DNA of 64,000 nucleotides from Carcharhinus amblyrhynchos (Eukaryota): contig OZ336874.1 in assembly GCA_965287045.1 (NCBI GenBank), positions 41,292,001-41,356,000 on the forward strand. The letters run 5' to 3'. The translations under genes were made by a program, and so were the position numbers. The notes under the pieces were generated by a model. The model ran no database searches. It worked only from the letters and a program-made list of their open reading frames with translations, and was not told where the DNA came from. The number at the start of each line of letters is the position of its first letter. The stretch's first letter is position 1. Of this stretch, positions 34,481 to 46,664 are shown piece by piece.

Positions 34481-36099
34481 CGCCCCACTGCCCCCCCCCC
34501 CCCCTCCCCCTTACTATGAATCAACATGCTGACAATTGGCTCCATTAGCCAAAAACAAGACAACACGTTTCGTTGGTTCTCTATTGTCAGCTGGCTCGCT
34601 TACATGTGGACTCCAGACAAACTGCAATTCCTTTCAGTTGAACATTTGAAGGCCCAAAAAGATTAATCTGTGGTAAAGATGCCAGGGTTGCTATCAGAAC
34701 TCATGATTATCACGGAGTAAATTGAAAGGCACTTTAAGAGCAAAAGAAATACACTTTCAAATCGGCCATTCAGCCTCTCTAACCTGTTCTGCTGCTCACT
34801 AACATTACAGTTGATCTGATCATGGCCTCTACCCTGCCTTTCTGGCTGCTCCCCAATAGCTCATGACTCCCTTGTTGATCCAAAAATGTTCTGGTATTTA
34901 CAAATGCATAAATGTGTAATCAGGAATTGCTGTCCAAATTGTGCTTCTCCTTCAGCAGCTTCCTTATCACAGTACGTTGCTGAGATTCATCTATACAAAG
35001 TAGAAACAATTTGCAATACTTGCATGTCAAATGCCCACTAAAAACTCCAGAAAAAAATTGGGACTATTAAGGATTAGCTGACACACACTCTCGTATTGAA
35101 AAATTATTTTAAAAATGGAGTTCCATTCCCTCAAATTTTAATTATTGTTGGAGATTTTAGAAAGGTAGAAATTCACCTTTTTAATCTTTTCTTTCTGTCT
35201 CTTAGTCCTATCTTTTGTTCCTCATTTATTTATTCCAATTTTCTGTACATCTGCACTTGTAACTGAATCCACACTGGTGCCCAAAAGCTAGGTCATTTGT
35301 TTTGAGCCCAAAGGTTGAATAAGGAATCCTCATTAATGCGTTTTGAACTATTGGTTAATTCTGGATTGGCCTTCGGAAGGCACTAGAAAGGATATTTCAT
35401 TAAACTGTTGTTTAGGCTATAGACTACCAAACGGTGGTATTAAGTAGCATAAATGGTAGCAATGATGCATTGTGAATTTGCATAATAATTTCCTGCATCA
35501 GAATGTAGAAAATAGCAAAGAATCCAGTCTTGACAACTGAGCTCATTGGGATAGATTTTCAGCTTACTAGATGGGAGTGGAAACTGCAGTGCAGACTAGT
35601 TACCTTTTACAGAAACTGGGCAATTCTGCAATGGATCTGTCACCCCAGTCTCGTGCTTTGGTGCTGAATTGAAAACACATACCATAAATTGTACCTGGCA
35701 GTTCACTACTGATCACTGATGGAGTTGACTCAGTTTTGCACTTTGCCCAATGCTTTCAGGTAAACTACCCATTATGAAATGGCCAAGAATGCTCTGCAAG
35801 AAGTAACCTGGGTGAAGAAAGTTTAAACAAGTGTCTCCAAAGCAGCTGCCAAGTTAATGTATTCAAACATGTTCTGCAGAATATTTGTACTTCAAATTGA
35901 ACGCTTTGACTTTTTGATTGGAAACCTGTTGGACGGTGGTTGTGCTCCAAAAGAAGCTGAATCATTTTTTGAGTAAATTAACATAGTTTTAAACTCTTAT
36001 TTGAAGGGAAGAAAGTAACTAATTCCACTTTATATTCCAGAAAATATCCAAAGGCACACAAAATGGCAAAACGTGCTCTATCTATAGCACCAGTTGTAA

Positions 36100-36290
36100 A
36101 CCATAAGATACAGGAGCAGAAATAGACCATTCGACCCATCCACTCTGCTCTGCCATTTAATGAGATCATGACTGTTCCGATATGATAATTCTCAATGTCA
36201 CTTTTCCACCTTATCCCCATTGCCCTTGATTTCCTCACTGATTAAATATCTGTCCATTTCAGTCTTAAACATATTTAACAATCCAGCCCC
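36100..36290 (-). mobile_element. CR1 3' tail fragment
   Basis: accataagatacaggagcagaaatagaccattcgaccc...atgagatcatg. Confidence 0.85.
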
Positions 36291-37749
36291 TCTTGTGCTA
36301 TAGGACTCTGTCAATAGTAATAAGTGGGTGAGACTTGAGGGGCTAAAAGACATACTCCTGTCCCCATGTGTTTTTTTTTATATTCACAGGGCACTTGATT
36401 GCATGGGGAAATATTACAAAATAAATAGTAGGCATGCATATTGTTCATGAAGAATATAATAAATTTATGAACACCACTTTCACCAATTGTGTTTGCATTA
36501 CGTGGATTTCTGATTATGAGCAGGGCAAGAACAAAAAACATTTAACAAAATTCTCCTAGGGGCTGATATTTTCTTCCATAAAATGGAGAAGTGCTTCGAA
36601 GAAAAGCTTTATTTTCTCCTTAAGTAACTCACTTAAGAAATGTTGGATGAAATTTAGTGTGGATAAATGGCGGTGCTTGAAGCAAATTTCATTTGAGAGC
36701 AGTTCGTTCACTGAAAGATTGCAGTAAATGTGAAGCTGTTGGGAGGCTGCTTTATAAAAGGTTAAACATATTCTGGGATACATCTGAGGAACTTTGCACT
36801 GAATAGCTTATTTTAAACCTTTCTATCTTATTTATAAAACCCCATGAAACCTGCGTGCAAACCCCTTTCGAAGAAAATTCCTGATTTGTTACTTGTGTTA
36901 AAATGTTGACACAATACAGCAGTTTTTTTTTCTGGGCACGATTGAAATCTTTAAGGTGCGAACATTTTGGATAGTTTGAATGTAAAATGGTTACTTAATG
37001 TAAACTATGATTGCAAGATCAAAGATCATAAGTATGAAATTGAATAAAACCTCCTGAACTTCGGAGACATTTCTTTTTCTTAACGAATGAGTGGTAAATG
37101 TGTGAGTGTACTGCCTTCTCCTCAAAGGCAGTTATTGTTAATAAAACTACAATTAATTGGATCAACATCTGTTCAGGCAGTTGAAATTTAAAGCAGTAAG
37201 CAATAGATTATTCTCAGGAACACTAATCCAGTAGGGATCATAATATTATAAAGCATTACTTTTATCTGTGAATGTAACTGCTCAGAAATTTTTATCTTAA
37301 TTGCCTTTAGAGGCAGAGTGCGGAGAGAAAGGTTTGTCAAAGGTCTGCCCTCTTTAAAGTTTTGATCGGATTATCTCCACCTAATCAAGAAATTAAATCA
37401 ATTTGGGAGAGTACATGAAAGTGCAAGTTACACAGGTCTCTATGAAAGTGTTTTCACCCCCTCAGGGTTCTTTTATCCATTCATATTTTAAAATTTTCTT
37501 GTACCCTATGCCCTGAAATTATATGATGGTATATTAATGAGACAGCATGTAGCTCATTCATCTGTAATACTTCTCTCTGTTCTTTTAGCAGGGGTTTCAA
37601 CTTGTTTCCGATGAATAAAATAGTGGAGGGAGCAATTTCTGGTGAGTACACCAATGTGTTAGCACCTCATAGTATAATGCTAGGACTTCAGACAAAGGAG
37701 ATCCCAATGGCAATATGTTAGTAAGGACACTGCTTTATGCTCCCCAAAT

Positions 37750-37860
37750 GGCCCAGTGCATTTAGCCACTTTAGCAAAGCCATACAGACCAGGAAGATCC
37801 TAGGTTTTCACCCTCAGTTAGTATGCATTGTGCTATTATCAGCCAGAGTATCTGTAAGCC
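37750..37860 (+). mobile_element. Old tRNA-derived SINE head (LF-SINE-like)
   Basis: gccatacagaccaggaagatcctaggttttcaccct...tcagcc. Confidence 0.45.
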
Positions 37861-37870
37861 TTGGGGGGGA

Positions 37871-38096
37871 GGGGGTAGTTTTCACCCCCATCACCATGTT
37901 TTCCGGCAGTAAAAGTGGATCATCATTGGCTGCCGGTGTGATCTTCCAGTCCTACCGATATCTATGGTGTTTTATGTGCCTCTCCTGTTCCGCAGCAGGG
38001 GATGCTCCACTGTGGAGTTTGGGGGAGGGGCATGGGGAGTCATCTTCAGTGGGACTGAAAAATCCCACTGGAGGGAAAGGCTGGAAAATTCAGCCC
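37871..38096. mobile_element. MITE-like non-autonomous element
   Basis: Right terminus ggaaaattcagccc; internal gatcttccagtcc / gggactgaaaaatc symmetry shared with 52077-52248. Confidence 0.55.
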
Positions 38097-41036
38097 TTTA
38101 TATCCTTGATTATGGACGGAAAAGTTAACTATCTTGATCATCATTGAACAACTCCAGAAGTGCATATTTGACAACAGGAGACAGTTAGGCTGTGATGTCT
38201 CTTTTTTTACCAGATAGTTAACTGATATTGCTGCAGCGACGAACATATATAAGAAAAAGTAGAATGATATCCTGAAGGTGACCATGTCCATGGACCCACA
38301 TTTTAACAAAAAGTTTACACCCATCCGAGCCAGGACTGGCAGGCAGGGGTGTAAAATTGGGTAGAAAGGCAGGGCCAGCCTGCCCATCAGCTACCTGCCT
38401 CCAATGGAATATTTTCAGCAATGGGGAAGGTGTTGTGTGGCCCCCCCCTGTCCTTGGGCTAATTAAGACCCTTAATCAGCTAATTACTGATGTATACCTT
38501 GGTCGCCTGACTGCAGGTTGGGTTGAAGGTGGGTTGGAAGAGTGGCATTCCTCCTATTCAGGCACCCTGTTCCCCAAAAAAGGGACCTCCCCAGCAGCAA
38601 AGGACTACATACTCTTGGCCTCTTGATTATCCACCTCCGGCCCCTTCACCAGGGCCTGCCTAGCCTGACCCCAGTAAAGCACCTGCACCTGCCATAGCAG
38701 GAGACTCCAAACAGGCCAGAGCTCACAAGGACTAGATCCTGCAGAGGCTGCATGCCAAGCTCATCCCAGACAACAGGCCGTAACAAAAGGCTGCCCCCAC
38801 CTCTGTTCTGGATATTGCAGAAGAAGCAAGACATAGTACTATAGTTAGAGAAAAAGGAACACAAAAGTAGCTTGGGTGTTCATTACTTGTGTATCTTTGC
38901 ACACCTATCAATATATTTCCACGTATTCCACTTCTCATGCTGTTACAGCGCTTCGCTCTGATATGTTCCATAGGTCACTCACGTGTCATTACCCCCCACC
39001 ACCCTGGCCCAATTCCAGATGTTCCAGCATCTGTCTCAGCTCTATGGTTTTTTGGTATTTACAATGTCTGCTGTCAGTAGCAACCTGAGTGAAACGTCAC
39101 CCTCTAAGAACTTTTTGATTGGTCATGCCTCAGAGGCTAATGTCATGGTGCCACGCGTGTTCAAAATCTGCAGGTCACTTTAAATCCCTGCCCCCCTCCC
39201 AAGCTTCTGCTTTGTAGCGTCATCAGTGTGTATCCTAGAGGATTTTATACCAGGGTGCATAGAGTTCGTGCTTTATTTATTGGCCTCCACGTAGTTTCTA
39301 GGTTTGAGCGTGCTTGACTTTGGAATGAAAACTCACACTATCATGTGCTCCTGCCTGCCTGCTGGATTATGGCAGGTCTGCGTGTACATTTGAACATCAC
39401 CCCTATATTTTTCCCCACCTTCCTACCTCCAAACTAAGGACTTTGCTGAGTCTTGTGATTCTTACCGAAAGGTTACAAGTGTGCAGTCTAGGATGTGAGT
39501 GCAGAGGCCCCAGAAGACCCAGGGAGGATATGACAATGGAACAGAATGTGTGTCTTAACATCTTGTGATTTTAATCCGTTGCCATCTCTCACATGGTCAG
39601 TTGACATGGCAATGTGCGACTTACAATGGCTCTTGTGCGCCTGGTTTCAGTGTGCATGTGTTAGGCTGTTGGAATGGAAATGTGGAGCGGGAAAATGGGA
39701 CCAGACTGATGCTGTAGTAGATCTAATATGTGGTCTGTATCATCAATTTGGATCTTTAAGGCCCAGATGGACTGTCAGCATTTTCAAGCCAACAAAAGCA
39801 ATGGCTAAGCAGTGCGGGATATTGGGAGACTGAAAACAGAGGCATTGTCATGAATAGGTACTTCATATATATCAAATTGCGCACCTCCTAATTGTTTCGT
39901 CGTCCACTGAGAGGTTAGTTGAACTGTTGTGGCTCGATCACTGAGAGTTATAGATGGCTGTGCCCTGAGGATGTATGAACATTTGTCTCTCAAGAATGAT
40001 TATCTCTGTGGAAAAACCACAGGGTAGAGTCACAAGCATGTGAGACAAGAAGTAGATAACCAAGAAGTGATGAGTGTCATCCTTGAGGCAACATATATGA
40101 ATGCAGGAATACTGCCCTGAGAGCAATAAAGATTGCAATGCTGCTCCTGCCCCTTGCATGCTGCCATAGGCAGTGGATATCACTGGAATGTTTGCAGAGG
40201 CTGCACTATCTGAAGTCTGCTCCTCAAGTACCCTGTTCCAGTTATAATCCTACAACAGATAGGCCATTTGCTACTGAAACTACATTACCTTTCAAGCAGG
40301 GGGCCATTGTGATGCTAGTTAAACTACTCATTCAGAGATTAATGTATTGCATTCACATAATGCGGATTGCAACAAAGGCAGTTAAGTGGACACAGCCTGG
40401 AGGACACAGAGCAAAGAAGCGACTGTCAACTAAGCGTCATCCTCTCCTGGAACCTGGCAGCTATAGGCATGTTACCTGCCTCGAACTGGCCCATGACTCT
40501 TCCTCTGGCTCCTCTACTTCCTCACTTTCATCAAGATCTACTCTCTTGGCATCCTCCTCATCGGATGGGACCAGGAAATCCAATCCATTATTTCAATTGT
40601 ACAAATTGCCTGATCTCTGATCCCCAACAAATCAAGTGCTGGACAAATGGGTCTATTTTGAGGCCAGACAAAGGAATCGACCCTTGTAATTCTGAGAAAA
40701 TTTGACATTTTTCAAATAGAAAGTACATATGAAAAGACTACTTAACCGTAAAGTACTCGAAATAAATGTTGCAGACTTTAGTTTGACATGAAAACCTTTT
40801 GGATCCACTCTGTTGTTACCACATTCATCCCCTTATTCTTTAAAACTGTGAAATCTAACTACTTTCAACGGTAAGTTTGTGAAAGGCAATCCACTACACA
40901 GTGCTGTAGACTAATAGGATGTTACTACATTCCTGACTCAAACTATGAGCAAGGTGGAAGGTGTACAAGGTGGCAAACAAAAACCAGGTACATGTCTAAG
41001 GAGCAGAAATTAAAGGTGAGTCATCAAATTTTACAT

Positions 41037-41219
41037 AAGGAAGTGAATGGGTGGCTCAGGGATTGGTGTGGGAGGAATGGGTTTGAATTCATGGGGCATT
41101 GGCACCAGTATTGGGGTAGGTGGGACCTGTTCGGGCGGGATGAGGTTGGTCTGAACCGTGCTGGGACCAGAGTGCTGGCGAATCGAGTAAAGAGGACTGT
41201 AGACAGGGCTTTAAACTAA
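41037..41219 (+). CDS. CR1 ORF1 C-terminal SGNH-esterase-like fragment (5'-truncated)
   Basis: EVNGWLRDWCGRNGFEFMGHW...DLFGRDEVGLNRAGTRVLANR...RALN*; the N-terminal MSKEQ... in the ORF track is flanking DNA. Confidence 0.85.
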   Translation, partial: KEVNGWLRDWCGRNGFEFMGHWHQYWGRWDLFGRDEVGLNRAGTRVLANRVKRTVDRALN

Positions 41220-41382
41220 TTAGGGGGGGGAGGGTGCGAGGGTAGGTGACGTTACGAGGTCTAAAGTTAAGGATAGGGTACAGGTAAGGGAAGAGGCCGA
41301 GGATGTCCCAATAATAGAGGGAGTAGGGGGCGTGAGTATAGTTGGTGGCGTTACGGCAAATAGGGTCCAGGTGAAGGCTGGG

Positions 41383-44197
41383 ATGAAAGCGCTTTATCTG
41401 AATGCACGAAGCATTCGGAATAAAGTGGATGAGCTGGTGGCGCAGATCGACACAAATGGATACGATCTGGTGGCCATTACAGAGACGTGGCTGCAGGGTG
41501 ACAGGGACTGGGAGCTGAATGTACAGGGCTATCAAGTGTTTAGGAAGGATAGGCAGGAGGGAAAAGGGGGGGGTCGTAGCTCTACTGATTAAGGATAGCA
41601 TCAAGGTGGTAGCAAGGGATGATATTGGAGCCAAGGAGCAGAACGTGGAATCGTTGTGGGTGGAGATTAGGAACAGCAAAGGGAGGAAGACGCTGGTGGG
41701 TGTCGTCTATAGGCCCCCGAATAATGATCTGGAGGTGGGGCGGGCTGTTAACGCGCAAATAAGTGCGGCGTGCAGGAATGGGACGGCCGTAGTTATGGGG
41801 GATTTCAATCTGCATATTGATTGGTCAACCCATGTTGGACGCGGTGGGCTCGAGGAGGAGTTCTTGGAATGCTGCCAGGATAGTTTCCTGGAACAGTGCG
41901 TGTTGGAGCCGACGAGGGAGAGAGCTATCTTGGATCTCGTGCTATGTAATGAGGCGGGTAGAATTAGGGACCTTGCGGTGAAGGATCCTCTTGGGGAGAG
42001 TGATCATTGTATGGTGGAGTTTCTGGTGCAGATGGAGGAGGAGAAAGTGGGTTCCCAGACAGGCGTACTTTGTTTGAATAGAGGGGAGTATGGTAAGATG
42101 AGAGAAGAATTGGTGAATGTGGACTGGGGGAGCGCATTGGAGGGAGGGTCTGCTGAGGAGCAGTGGAGGATCTTTAAGGAGATCTTTCTTGGTGCTCAGC
42201 GGAAATTTATTCCGATGGTCAAAAAGGACAGTAGGAGGAGAGGTAATAAGCCGTGGATAACAAAGGAGGTGAAGGAAAGTGTTAAATTAAAAGCGGAGGA
42301 ATTTAGAGTAGCTAAGAGTAGTGGGCGAGAAGAGGATTGGGAGAGGTTTAAATGTCAACAAAGATTGACAAAGAAGTTGATAAAGAAGGGTAGGAGAAAC
42401 TATGAAGCTGGGCTAGCGCTTAATATAAAAAAGGATAGCAAGAGTTTTTATAAATATATAAGAAGGAAGAGGCTGGCTAGGGTGAACGTTGGTCCTTTAG
42501 AGGATGAGAAAGGGGACCTAGTGGTAGGGGATGGGGATATGGCTAAGGTATTGAATAACTTTTTTGTTTCTGTCTTCACGGAGGAGGACGTGAATAATTT
42601 GCCGGGTGTTAGCGATGGAAAGATGGTAGGACTGGAGGGTCTCAATGACATTACTGTTACTAGAGAGGCAGTGCTCGACAGACTGGAGGGGCTGATTGTG
42701 GACAAGTCCCCAGGACCGGATGGAATGCATCCGAGGGTCCTGAAAGAAATGGCGGAGGTGATAGTGGATGCCTTGGTGGTTATTTTCCAAACGTCGCTGG
42801 ATTCCGGGGAAGTGCCGGATGATTGGAAAACGGCTAATGTTAAGCCGTTGTTTAAGAAGGGCGCCAGGCAAAAGGCGGGGAATTATAGGCCGGTAAGTTT
42901 AACGTCAGTGGTAGGTAAAATGTTAGAATCCGTCATTAAGGAGGAAATTGCGAGGCATCTTGAAGGGAACTGCTTGATAGAGCAGACGCAGCACGGTTTC
43001 ATTAAAGGGAAGTCGTGTCTGACAAATTTATTGGAGTTCTATGAGGATGTGTCTAGGGCGGTGGATAGAGGAGAGCCGGTGGATGTGGTCTTTCTGGATT
43101 TTCAGAAGGTGTTTGACAAAGTACCTCACAAGAGGTTATTGCAGAAGGTCGAGGGACATGGAGTTGGGGGTAGGGTGTTAGCGTGGATAGAGGATTGGTT
43201 GTCAAATAGGAGGCAGAGAGTGGGGGGTCAACGGGTGCTATTCGGATTGGCGGATGGTAACTAGTGGAGTGCCCCAGGGGTCGGTGCTGGGGCCTCAGCT
43301 TTTTACCATTTATATAGATGATCTGGAGGAGGGAACCGAGTGTAGGGTGTCGAAATTTGCTGATGACACCAAGATTGGGGGAACGGCAAATTGTGCGGAG
43401 GGTGTGGAGAGTCTGCAGAAGGATCTAGATAGGCTGGGCGAATGGGCCAGGAAATGGCAAATGGAATTTAATGTTGGCAAGTGTGAGGTGGCCCACTTTG
43501 GTAGGAATAATGGTAGGAAGGACTATTACTTACGTGGCGAAAAACTGCAGCAGGCGACGGTGCAGAGGGACCTCGGGGTCCTTGTGCATGAGTCGCAAAA
43601 ACCCAGCTTGCAGGTGCAGCATGTGGTCAGGAAGGCGAATGGGATACTGGCCTTCATAGCGAGGGGGATTGAATATAAAAGTAGGGAGGTCTTGCTGCAG
43701 CTGTATAGGGCATTGGTGAGGCCGCAGCTGGAGTACTGTGTGCAGTTTTGGGCGCTGCACCTGCGCAAAGATATTTTGGCCTTGGAGGGAGTGCAGAGGA
43801 GGTTTACTAGGCTGATACCAGAGTTGAGGGGGTTGAGCTATGAGGAGAGGCTGAATAAACTAGGCTTGTACTCGTTGGAGCTTAGAAGAATGAGGGGAGA
43901 TCTCATTGAGATGTATAAGATGATGAATGGGATGGATAGGATAGAGGTGGAGAGACTCTTCCCGCTCAAAAAAGACAGTAGGACTAGGGGGCACAGCCTC
44001 AAGATAAAGGAGGGGGGCGGTTTAGAACGGAGTTGAGGAGGAACTTCTTCACTCAAAGGGTGGTGAATCTCTGGAATTCTCTGCCCGTTGAAGTGGTGGA
44101 GGCTGCCTCGCTAAATATTTTTAAGACGTGGGTTGATGGGTTTTTGATAAGAGAGGGGATTAAGGGTTATGGGGAGAGGGCGGGAAAGTGGAACTGA
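41383..44197 (+). pseudogene. CR1 ORF2 (APE endonuclease + RT) broken by three frameshifts
   Basis: LYLNARSI, AITETWL, GVVYRPP, GDFN, ESDH, GPDG, QGSVLGP, KFADDTK; frameshifts at G runs 41566-41573, 43222-43227 and 44009-44017; stop TGA at 44195-44197. Confidence 0.93.
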
Positions 44198-46501
44198 GCC
44201 ACGACAGATCAGCCATGACCTTATTGAATGGCGGGGCAGGCTCGAAGTGCTAGATGGCCTACTCCTGCTCCTAGTTCTTACGTTCTTATGTTCTTATGTT
44301 CTTATATCAAGGCTGATTTACCTGGTATCATTTGTGCATAAAATAGCTTCTGAGTTGACTGAGGTAAAATCCTGAACTGCAAAGACTGTTTGGCAAACAC
44401 CCGCAGAATTCTCTCATCTGGAACTATGTCTCGTTGGTGAAGGAGGGGTTTAGAGAGGAGGGGAAGGAAGGGGAGAGGTTGAGCGGGCTGAAAGATGATG
44501 ACAGTGAATCAATTCCCCTGGCATTGTTCAGGTGAATTCCAACTTCTGCACGCCACATTTTTTCCAGATGTGTCCTGGACCAGTGTGTTTTCCTGCGAGT
44601 GTCATGGAGAATCGGGCACAGGTGGACTATTCTGGTTGGGCCTTCATCTACATTCCATTAGTGGGATGTAAATTAGCGTCATGCTGGCCTCCAGCAGGTT
44701 CCCCAACCTGCCGGGGCGGGAGGAGGGGGAGTACCACCGGAAGATCCTGTGGGAAATTCATGTTGGCGTCAAACTGATCATTTTTTGGACTCCTGCTAAA
44801 TTATCCCCTGCCTGCCATTGGCCCACCCAAGAGAATTCCACCCATCATCTTAATAAAGGCACAGCTTCCCCAAGGTTCCTTGTGTCAGTTAAGCATGGTA
44901 ATTACTAATTTGCCCCCAAAATTGTATGCTAATGCAAACTTACAAACTTATTAACCCAGCACCCACATGTGTCTGTGTTCACCTTTCACCAAAATAACCC
45001 TAACTGAAAGCTAAAGGAGAACAAAAACAACTTGAAATGGAGGAATTAGAGAAAAGTCTGCAGATTATATCATGACGTGCAGGTTTGTTTGGCAATCTTA
45101 TTAAGTCCATCTCTAATGTGTGGGATAGTAGGAGAATGCCTAATTTTCCTGGGGCCCAAAGGCAGCCATATCATTGCAAGTGTGCTACATACCCCATATA
45201 ATGCTATTGGGGGAGTGGGTAGATACCCAGAGCCCAGCTCTGAGAATCCATGCTTCCCACACAGCCCAGTATGCACCAGGTATGTTCCCTTATTTTAACA
45301 AAGGAAATGATCATATTTTATGGGTGCACAGCATATGTCTACCTGGGCTCCCCTCCTGCATGCTGTGCTATTTTACATCTATCATCCCTGATATAATGGC
45401 CATCAGCAATACATCCAGCCCATACTCAGTGAGGGAAGCAGCAACTTCCTACCTGGAAAGTTCTGCTCTAGCTAGCTGCTTCCTATATGGAGATGATAAA
45501 GGCTGGTGAAGATTCTGCTGCTACAAGATCAAGCAAAAATCCTGGGATTGTCAGGAGCTAAGAATGATGTGATACCTGCCTCTTTCCATTGAATTTTATT
45601 GAACTTCCATCAGAGGAATGGGATTCCAGAAGAGCCGTGGAGGACATTAGGGTCCAAATAGATGCAGTGGGGGGATTTCTTGATGTAATTTAAGTTAGGG
45701 TTAATAAGGGAAGAACCAATGAGGAATGTGCCTGCATGGTAATGTGGTAATAGCATTAAGAGTTTCTAGATCAGCTCATTTCCTCCTTTGATCATGAGCC
45801 CCAAGGGCAGACAATTCAAGCTTGGGCAGCAAACTCACGTGGGACAGGAAATTTGGGCGCAATTGAGTTAATGGGGTGGGAATAATTAAGGGCAAACTAT
45901 ATGAACATGTAAAATTCAGTATAAACAAGATGATAATGATAGGAAATGGATTGTACAACGTCACCCAGTTCCTGCCTCATTTACATATGGCCACCCAATA
46001 ATGGGCAGATTAATCCTTTGTCCCCAGGCAATGACATTGGAAATTTGGCTATTAATGTGATTGATATTTATGGATCCTTCCTATTTCTGACTGATTATCA
46101 GCATAACAATCAGGTGGAACACAACAAGAATTCTAGACAACACTTTCTAAATATTTATGCTCCACTTGAAATGCAACTTTTTTCAGAAAAAGTGCAAAAC
46201 TGAATGCCATTGTACCCCAGTGCAATAATAAAACAAAACAATTGGATAGCCGAAGAGTGGTAATGGGCAGAAAATTTGATGTCGTATGTTCAAATATCAG
46301 ATTGAATGCAGTAAGTCTAAAATATGATGGATAGGAGGCAAGCAAATAGCCAAGAATCTGCTAGGTTATTATTTAAAACATTCACCTCATCTGCTGGTAC
46401 TTTTATTTCAACCAAAAAAATCCAACTCATGGTCCCCACACAAGGAACAAACAAGTTCCAAGCTGACAGGGTGAGGCATTACACCCCATCTCGGGCTGAA
46501 T

Positions 46502-46538
46502 CTAATATTTCATCTCAGCCAAAAGACTGAGATGGCTT
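46502..46538 (-). pseudogene. U2 snRNA 5' fragment (stem-loop I)
   Basis: TCTCAGTCTTTTGGCTGAGATGAAATAT versus U2 TCTCGGCCTTTTGGCTAAGATCAAGTGT (22/28, reference recalled); similarity ends after about nt 36. Confidence 0.55.
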
Positions 46539-46592
46539 TGAAAAACTGAATCAGATAAAGCCTTGGTTTAACCTCATTGGCTACCTTGATCC

Positions 46593-46664
46593 TTTATCTG
46601 GCTGGTTTCAAACCGGGAACTTTCGTGTGTGAGGTGAACGTGACGACCACTACGCTGCCGAAAC
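46593..46664 (-). pseudogene. tRNA-Val(CAC) pseudogene
   Basis: GTTTCGGCAGCGTAGTGGTCGTCACGTTCACCTCACACACGAAAGTTCCCGGTTTGAAACCAGCCAGATAAA aligns with vertebrate tRNA-Val-CAC; acceptor stem broken, TTCG changed to TTTG. Confidence 0.85.

Larger units (their letters stand above)
41035..44305 (+). mobile_element. Young CR1 LINE: ORF1 C-terminus, complete ORF2 and 3' UTR
   Basis: ORF1 esterase tail, EN and RT domains, 3' UTR with (GTTCTTAT)n tail at 44273-44305. Confidence 0.96.

Noticed and set aside
40138-40705. Ser-rich ORF (acidic DEE/EEE on the opposite strand), perhaps a Harbinger transposase C-terminus
   Set aside because: Low complexity; no DDE or other catalytic motif visible
40918-41015. 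Open frame ending at a good donor aag|gtgagt, with another donor near 40870
   Set aside because: No convincing pyrimidine tract or acceptor; peptide unrecognised
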